64,000 nt of DNA from NCBI RefSeq assembly GCF_000150275.1, contig NW_002060950.1, forward strand, positions 1,414,106-1,478,105, given 5' to 3'. Position 1 is the first letter of the stretch, and every line of letters starts with the position of its first letter. This stretch comes from Trichoplax adhaerens (taxonomy: Eukaryota; Animalia; Placozoa). The notes below the pieces were generated by a model that made no database searches, was not told the origin of the DNA, and was given only the letters and a program-made list of their open reading frames with translations. This document shows, piece after piece, positions 55,101 through 64,000 of the stretch. The position numbers and the translations under genes are program-made.

Positions 55101-58100
55101 GGTCGTCAAGTTCAACTGCGTAAATAACAAGAACCCACTCTTTACAGAAATGATAATATAAGAGTATATGTAAAAGAGTGATAGATTTATCCGGTTAAAT
55201 AATCTATTGAGCCTAATATTTCATTAAAATTGTAAACATACACTATAATACTACCCTAGTAACCGTTTTCATTTAATTCCCTCTTATCGCTTACAGAAAA
55301 AGATAGCATACCCATAGTTTATATACCGTACTTGTCAATTTAAAGTTTGTATACAAATTCGCTTTATTGTAGGAATAATTGATCAATTCACTATTATCAA
55401 TTAGAGCTATAGGTCATAATTTTATGAAAATAACTCAATTTGCTGATATTGATCAAAACTATTCATAACTTATTTCCATTGTGTTAATACTCGTATATAT
55501 GCTGTTGATGGATTATAGTTTAGTTGATCTATTCTGCATTAATTATAATAAAAATAATTATTACTATCATGGATTATTTTGATAGCATTGTGTTATAAAA
55601 ATTAATAATCTAACTAATGCCTTGTATGGAAACAATAAGATTATAAGATTAATTCTATAGTGTTCGTGGAAATATCAAATAACTAGTGAGTAAATAATGG
55701 ACTCCTTCTTGAGTCTATGCTTGAATTGGTTATCTGCTTCAATAAAAGAATATGTATGATATGAAAGAATATGTGGCTATGCTAAATAATAAGCACAGGC
55801 AACTATTAAGATAATAAATATCACAATATTTATTGATTTACTGTCTTGAAATTATCGTAAATAATATTAATACGTTTTATCTTAACGATAGTGAAATCAT
55901 TCCTCATCTCTGTTGAGTAACAATATCCTATAAAAAAGCAGCACTCAACCGTACCTAATAAAAAAATCAACAGTTAGAAACTGCTACCGTTCAATTTTGT
56001 TGTCTATGATTACTATTATTATACCTTTTAACTATCACTTACTGTTGGTACATTAATTATCAAAAATAAGATGATTATCGAACCACCAACTAGACTACGA
56101 ATGAATTCAAAATTAAAATGGATAACCTATTGCATCATTGCAGTGTTCATTCTTAGGCAAAAATCAATTACGTTTATGAAATCCTCAGCATAACTTTATA
56201 GCATTCTATCATTACAGTGGATGGTTCATAAAGCAATCTAAAGTATCTGCTTCGCTCTTATGAGTAAAATTCAATCAACTAATTAACAGGCTATCATCTC
56301 TATCTATATCAAAGCTTTTTTGTCTTGTGATCAGCCCACACTATTACCTGCAAATGTAGATTATATCACAAAAGTTCTCAATGAATACTGATGAGATAAA
56401 CGCGTCCTTTCATCTAATAGAAATTTAGACTAATTCAGCCTTTTTAATATTTTTAGAATATTAGTTGTATTATCGATGAAAATGAATTCTTTATTTCTTC
56501 ATCTCCTATCTACCTATGATATCAACTAAGTTATTCATGAATTATAGAATCCCACGCTTTTGTCCGAGAAATAGAACATTAATCCTAACATTAAGAAGAT
56601 TTTCTATTATATTTATTTTTATAATTTTAGAACTTTTTCGATACAAAATAATGCAACTAGGTTCTCAAAAAAATAAAATAAAATCAATCCAATTTTTGCT
56701 CTAGTTTATGTTGATAGTTTATGCAGTCTAATTAATTTTTTTTAAATTATTTCGCTCTGTTATTCGTATTTGAATGCTATCACTTTCCAGATTTATTCTT
56801 TGACTCAACCATTCTACTAATAAAATCATCTTAGAAAATTAATAATCTTACGTCAATTCTAAATAATTTAATTAATATTGAATTGATTTTTACTCTATAG
56901 TTGCAGAAATAGCGGTATCATCTGTAACTAGAATGCAGGCAAGTATTCTTTGATATCCTGACCGTAACCGATTAAACCCTAATCATCAGAATATAAAATA
57001 AAGTGAAACAATAGTAAAGAATTTTACTTCCTTTCTGTGATTCTTTATTTCAGACAACCTACTCATTATTTTCAATATTAAATAATGAGAGTTTTACAAT
57101 TTGTAATTGGGTAATTTATACCATCGACTACCAATCGAGGAAACTTTATTTAGATTACCATAATTAAAAATCAGTCCGGATGCCACATCAATACGTGATG
57201 TCATCAACTACGACAATATCAATAATTTCAGCTAACTTTAAGTCTAAGATCAATGCTATTTTGTGATATCATATGAATACATAACAGCAAATATCACGAT
57301 ATGGTAGCTGTATTGCTATTCTATTAGAAATAGCAGTACAATGATTAATTTGGATAGCGAAAGCTGATGTACGTTGTGGAAATTAGCCAACAAACTGAAA
57401 ACAAAAGTAAAGTGATGACCTAATTAAAACCGTCTTAAATTGCTATTGCAGCAAACGACATGGTTAATGCTGGATACACGTGTATAAATTCATTTTGTAG
57501 GCAATTAATTTAAAAACATAAATATGTATGTGTAGTATGATATTTGGTAACTACATACCAGTACACTAACGATAATTTCTTGTCCCCAGTATATAATCTT
57601 ATGACAAAAAATTCACATTGAGGTATATAATCCATTAATATATATCTAAATAAGGGACTACTTCCACTAAGTAGCGCAATTACAGTTAAGATATATATAG
57701 AATCATACACGCCCTAATACCACTAAATTAGGTACTGTAGTGATCTATTTCTTAAATTAAGACCTTGTATTAGTATGTTTACGAATAGGTCAGATATTTT
57801 AACCTTTAGAAAATTCAACTCTGTTTTGATATACTGCTGTGGTAGTTTATTTGGACAAAGGCTGTTATTTATTCTTGTTAGAGTTTTATTACGGCCACAT
57901 GTTCAATATGATACTTGACCATTTAGTAGTTAATATGTTCAGAAATCTTGACCTGAAGATTATTACAAATGAGCTAGCTCGTACATACAAGTACTGGCTA
58001 GAAATGATGCTCATTTGAAAGTAAAATATTGGTAATACCGCTGTAGTAATAATAATGAGCTGTTAGGATTGAAGATTTGTAGATGCGTGTATACTTACAT

Positions 58101-61100
58101 AGTGAATTCTGTATAATACTAGATATTACTAAAGGTAACGATGACATTTTGAAGTAGATCTTTCCTATGCATTATAAGCTATATAAGCTATATCCGAGCT
58201 TGTGGAAATAAGATATATTATGTGCCAAATTGTCCGATAGAATAATTCTATATTTTTGCCGTATAATTTAATTGCCATTATTCCAGAAAGGAATTGTGAA
58301 TCCATTTAAAATTTTCCAATCTCTATCGTCTGCTGCAATAATCATGGCATTGATAGAATAATTTAATCACATCAAAAAACTATATTCCATATTTTATAAA
58401 TAAAATGATAAAATACGAACGAGTGGCTTAATTATACAAATATACGAGTATAACATGTACGTATAAAACTGTATTACGGCTATTCCTTCTGAGCTCTTGA
58501 GATTTTTCAGTTAGCAATTTTTATGCTTAAATTTTTTAATAAAGGTATCTACCATTTGACCGCTTTCGGTCCTTTTCTATCATGGATTGAGCCGTTATCT
58601 TTTGATCATGTACAGAGTTTCAATACTAATTTGGTCTACATTCAAGATCAATTCGTTTTTAACTCCATTATGTATTCTTCGGTGACCTTCAACTAAAAGC
58701 TTTAGCTTTATCATTGTGTACTAGCATAATTATTCTTATCGTATGTTTTCGAAAAAATCGGGATTTTAGGGACCCTCTTATGTGTCAATGTTTAAGACTA
58801 AACCATGAATCCAATGAATCCCCGACAAGTAGTATTTTGATCTTTCGGATGATACATAAACAGCTGAATTATATTCGTATTTACAGTATACTATAAATAT
58901 CAAAGTAAGCACTTATAAGAAAATGATAATCTAAGAGCAGATTTTATCTACAATAACTATCATAAAATATACAGCACTAGGAAAGAAGTGATATTGACCA
59001 TGTAGCAAAAACTAAAGTACTGGATCATAGTATTAGTTAACCATGACATTTATACTGCACACGACGACGGGATATATTGGCAGTAATATGGTACATAAAT
59101 TTTACATTAATAGAGGTGGAGAACATAAAGGATCCCCTTTCCAACAAATATAAATATATCCTGAATAATTTAACGGTTTTAGATTAGAATATTACTTTAT
59201 ACGAGTATTGCAGACACCTTTATTTAGGTCGATATCTTATGTAAAATTATCTTTGCAATACGGTTAATTTAATTAGCATAGCAATTGATATTTTAAATAT
59301 TTCTATCAAGAATAATTTGCTTTTGATCATACGTGGTAGTTATGTAGTATAATATATTTCAGGTTATTGAAGAGTTACCGATATTGCCACCCGTCTAGGA
59401 ATATCTATCAAAATTACATTGAGTGTAGCATTTGATAAATATCTGAATTTCAGATTAAAGATCGCGTACGGGTAAATACCTATGAACTAGAATAGTAAAA
59501 ACTGTCTATATCATTTTCCTGAATATTTCGAGACGCAAGTAAATACTTAACATCGATTTAAATGTTTAAATCTATGATACTTGATGCAGGACATAAGTAT
59601 AACATTTAGAATTTATTTAAAATCATAGAGTAATGCATCTTTTGCAATTTATCAAAATTAAGTATTGAAAATAGACATTAATTTTTTTCTCTGCTTTAAC
59701 ATGAAGCTTATCTAATTAATTTTAACTAAAGTTATATAAACACCGGGATATTTTAACAGCATTCTTAGATCTTATTAATCATACAGGGCTAAAGCTGGAA
59801 TTTCTTTGCTATTATAATACTATTTCCGTCGAAGACATGCTAAATAAGACTATAGATTTAAAAACATAATGTTTTCTCAAAATTTTATCATAGGGGTAAA
59901 AGTGTATTTAGATTCGTGATTAGTTTAAATCTTAAAGAGATGAATGGTGAATTGGTATTAAATTTCTAGTTAAAGGATGAATATGTAAGCCAACTTTAAT
60001 CTTTTATACCCAAACAACTACATCAGCCTGTTTAGTTCAACCCATTCGGATTTTAATAACGTACCTGCTATAAACCATGACACAAAAGTATAGATAAGAT
60101 AAATTTAATCTCAGGTTATTAAGCGTAGTATATTTGAAAAAGACGGAAGGAAATTCTTACATGCATAATGAAATTTATCGGTATTTGCAGTAAAGTAAAT
60201 AAACGTAGGGACTGATTAAAAGCATGCAGTTGGTACCAACTACTGCATCATCACACAATAGCAGACCTGCAAAGAAAAGCAATAAAACGGCTTAAAATAT
60301 TATTAACAACGCAAATAGTACAAAAAGTTTCCCAATAACACTTTAAATGATATTTACAAGAGAGCATACCTAGAAGAATTATTACATCTTATAGCCATAG
60401 CTTACTAGATGAATATTCTATGCCAGACTGGTGAAATTTGTTACGAAACTACAGGATCCTGGAAATGGTTAAGCATGAATTTCTACAGTAATAGAAACCC
60501 TAAATTATGTAATTAGGCAAATATTGGTCATTACTGAATTTCACACAACACCATCATTATATTACTTTCTAATCATGATCTATGTCGAACAAGATATGTA
60601 TGGACATGATGAAGTAATTTAAAAATAAATAATTTGTTGAGGAACACTAACTTAGACCAGTCATGGTGTAAATTAAGTTATCAACTGGAAGGTTATAATT
60701 CAATTTACTAAATAGTTCTTTCAATTAACTATCAAGTTAAATATTTAAATTCTCTTATAATCAACATAGTTGATTATTTCATTCAGTAACAATAATATCG
60801 ATGACAAATCAATATCAATTTCTAGGTAAACAACATTGCTATTGTGTAACCATGACTTTAATTTCTCTTACTACTTCATAATTGCATAACAGTAATAACG
60901 CAAAACATCATATACATTTTAAATTCTTCTATTCTAATTTCTTCCTTAGCATAAAGATACTAAACAATAAGATTTTCGTCAGTATAATTCAACGTGCGTC
61001 ATTGCTTTCTTAATGTAAACAAAAATAAAAACCAGTTTATGGAAGTCTATAGCTGAATTTTGTTTTAATTATTTTTATGCTTAGCCCCGGTATTGCATTT

Positions 61101-64000
61101 CGCCGAAAGTATTAGATATAAGGACAATTGGAAGCTGAAGGACTTGATTGTAATATGACGCATTTCTGTATTCCAATAACAGCTAAATTCTTAGATATCT
61201 TACTCTTTTTATACCCTTGATCTAAGTTCCTAAAGACAGCTTATTGCTCGAATATCATGAATTTACCTTCCTACGTACTGATTTTTTTCAAATAAAAGTC
61301 ATCATCAATGCATTACATACAATTCATCACAATTATCATTTTTTAGAGCACTTTATACTGTAAATAACGTGAAATATGGATGTTTGAATCGATGTCTGAA
61401 AGCACTATTCATTCTTTAATGCCCTTTCAAGATTATTCCATCTAGATTTGAGTTTAAATATTAGATTTAATATTCTTATGTAATGAAGGTTATTTTTAGA
61501 ATTTTCCTTCAAGTTCTTGTATTGTAATTATTTTAGCTTAGTTTTGTATCGTGATAAGTATTTTATCTTTAAAAAGAAGACTTATTTGGTTGATTATAAT
61601 ACTAGATTTTACTTAGCATCTTACTATATTGTAAACGTGACTATTTTATTCGGGTTAGAAGTTAAGCTAATCCGTAGCATAATTTTGTTAAGAATCAGAT
61701 ATTATGATTTCATAATTCAAGCGATATATTTAGTTAATAGAATATATATGTGCTAATTTTGATCATTAATTACAGTAGAAGTTGATGTTACTTTGTAATT
61801 TCATTCAGTATGAACCCCATAAATTTGATCTAGGATTGTTATTTTGTCTTAGAGTATACTGTAGAAATGTATAGTTTCAAGCTAAACTATGCTTAGTGTT
61901 AATTTAGTAGTTTTCGGGAGTTTAGGGTATAATTTATCTTATCATGTATTTTTCATTGCTAGTTCAATTTGGAGTACCTTAGAATGATAGTTAGATAGTC
62001 TAATACCACCAACTGCTCTGCGTAGCATATAAAAGGTGACGTAGTTCGGTAATTTAGTGTAGTTGAAGTTAGAGAAGACAAAAAGTCTAGGATAACCGTG
62101 AGTTATCTCATTAATTGATAGTTTGCTTGGTTACTACTCTTAGGTTACCAATACTATTAATCAAACGTGATATTCGATATTAGCAAGTATCTTTATTAAC
62201 CAGTCCTTCGCGAAAGATATAGAAGAATGGCATAATTCAATTTTAAGCCGTCTACAATAGCTATTACTCTATTGTTGCGTCTCTAAACACATTCAGCTTA
62301 TCATTTTCATGTTAAAATGTTTCTTAAATATAACTTATTAATATCTCTACCTATTCACTTTTTCCTAAGACGAATACAAGTATAAGGCTATAGCTTCTGT
62401 ACGTATAAGTAAAATGATTTCCGAACCTAAGGATAGCAATAAGTAAACTTTGCTTCATTCAATAACACATCAGTTTGAAAGTAGTTTTGTTACCTTAATC
62501 AGTAGTAAATTATTTCCGTAACTGAGCATCTCTTTCTACTAATAACCGAACCTAGAAAATAAAAAGTTTACATTGGCGTAAATTACAATAGAATACTATT
62601 ATCCTCTACTACGTTAACCAGACATCATTACACGGTTTTACTTAGTGATTTGGAGAACAAGAAATATAGAATTATTAACATTGGATTAGTTCATAAATAT
62701 GAGCTGATAGGGCAGAACAATTTATGTTATTTTATGATATATCTGGATGAGCGGACTTAGCATTAATTTAAGTTAAAACTGTCCCTGAAAAAGAATCGAA
62801 ATAGGCTTAAGGCAGATATTATGTTAAACTTATTATTAGTCCAGCATCGTAGCAGAATCGTCAGTATATTTTTTAATGCAAGTGATGAGAGGGATACATT
62901 ATATTTGATTAGCGTCAGATCTGCTTATTAAATATTAAAACCAATTTAGGTGTACAGATGGATGTGAGAAACATCAATGGCTTGCATTATTCAAACTTGT
63001 TATTCAAATCTATAACTTGAATTACCAAAAAAATGGGATGAACATTATTACTTCTCCTTATTCTGCTAGCTGATTGAGTTGTCACATCAAAATATTAACT
63101 TTAATCTCTTAAAATCGATCTCATCGATAGAAACTAACAATTTTAAAATCTATAGCTGGTATTATTAAGAACTGATTAAACTTCTAAGCCACGGAAATGG
63201 CAATTTTCGGTATCCGTCTTCATACATAGGTTATATGTAATATATATGTTATATTACATTTTTATAACTTATATCAGACAATTTAATTGAAAGATTCCTT
63301 TAAAAAAGGTTGCATTTCTCGTCTTTCGAGCTAAAGTGATGGACTAATTATATGTTAAGATTATTGATACATCAAAGATATTGAATTACGTGGAATTTAA
63401 TTTATTTTATGATTGGAAATGTAAGAATTCTAACTTATTTAAATTCAGATAAAGTAGTCTAAATAAATAATTAATAAAAGAGATTGACAGATTATTGCGC
63501 CTTTTGTTAGTACGGTAATCGTTTCAAAAGCTATTCTCATTTGTAATAAATTCTGTAAATGAAAGGAAATAATATACGTTATAATCTATTATATAAATTA
63601 TAATTGCTACTTTTTATGGCATTCATTTATTTTTCTTTCAAATTTGGATACGATAGAAACCGGTAGAAAGTTGTTTTACATTGCACATTTTCTAAGGAAT
63701 AGCTTAAGATTTGCTAATGAATCGATTTGTTTAATATGCAGGTATCGTTATTTGTTACAGTCTTGGTTGGTTCGACTATTGATAAACGTTTGGTACTTCC
63801 AGCGTGCAAACGATCGTCATTGTTAGCCATAAAAAATTGCAATTACGAATTAGTATAATATTGGTAGACGCTATCATTTAAATATTTATCTTGCCTATCC
63901 TTTCTTACCTTAGACTAAAGAAAGTATGAACTCATCCAATACTGTTAATAACTCATTTATCCCCTTTAGCGATTTTGAAGCTAATGCCCGTTTTATTGCT

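Overview
AT-rich, intron-containing eukaryotic (animal) genomic DNA. The compact genes, short introns and an intronless rhodopsin-type GPCR suggest an early-branching metazoan such as a placozoan; this is an inference only. I assembled exons by hand from splice signals. In order, the window contains: two tandem minus-strand VPS10-domain (sortilin-like) receptor paralogs with identical intron positions; a decayed, intronless FUT8-like fucosyltransferase pseudogene; CACUL1 (+); RPL26 (-), with a 5'TOP tract and an intron splitting its last codon; an SRSF10/12-like SR protein (+) carrying a U12-type AT-AC intron; BRD8 (-); and an opsin-like GPCR (-) lacking the retinal-binding lysine. The last ~11 kb has no recognisable coding sequence. 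Non-coding features include (TACAG/CTGTA)n clusters at gene 5' ends, three promoter-proximal minisatellites and two MITE-like elements. The most unusual unexplained signal is a structured ~500-nt segment (48960-49480) with a TTAGGG-complementary 12-mer near one end and an Sm-site-like motif at the other, a speculative telomerase-RNA or other ncRNA candidate.
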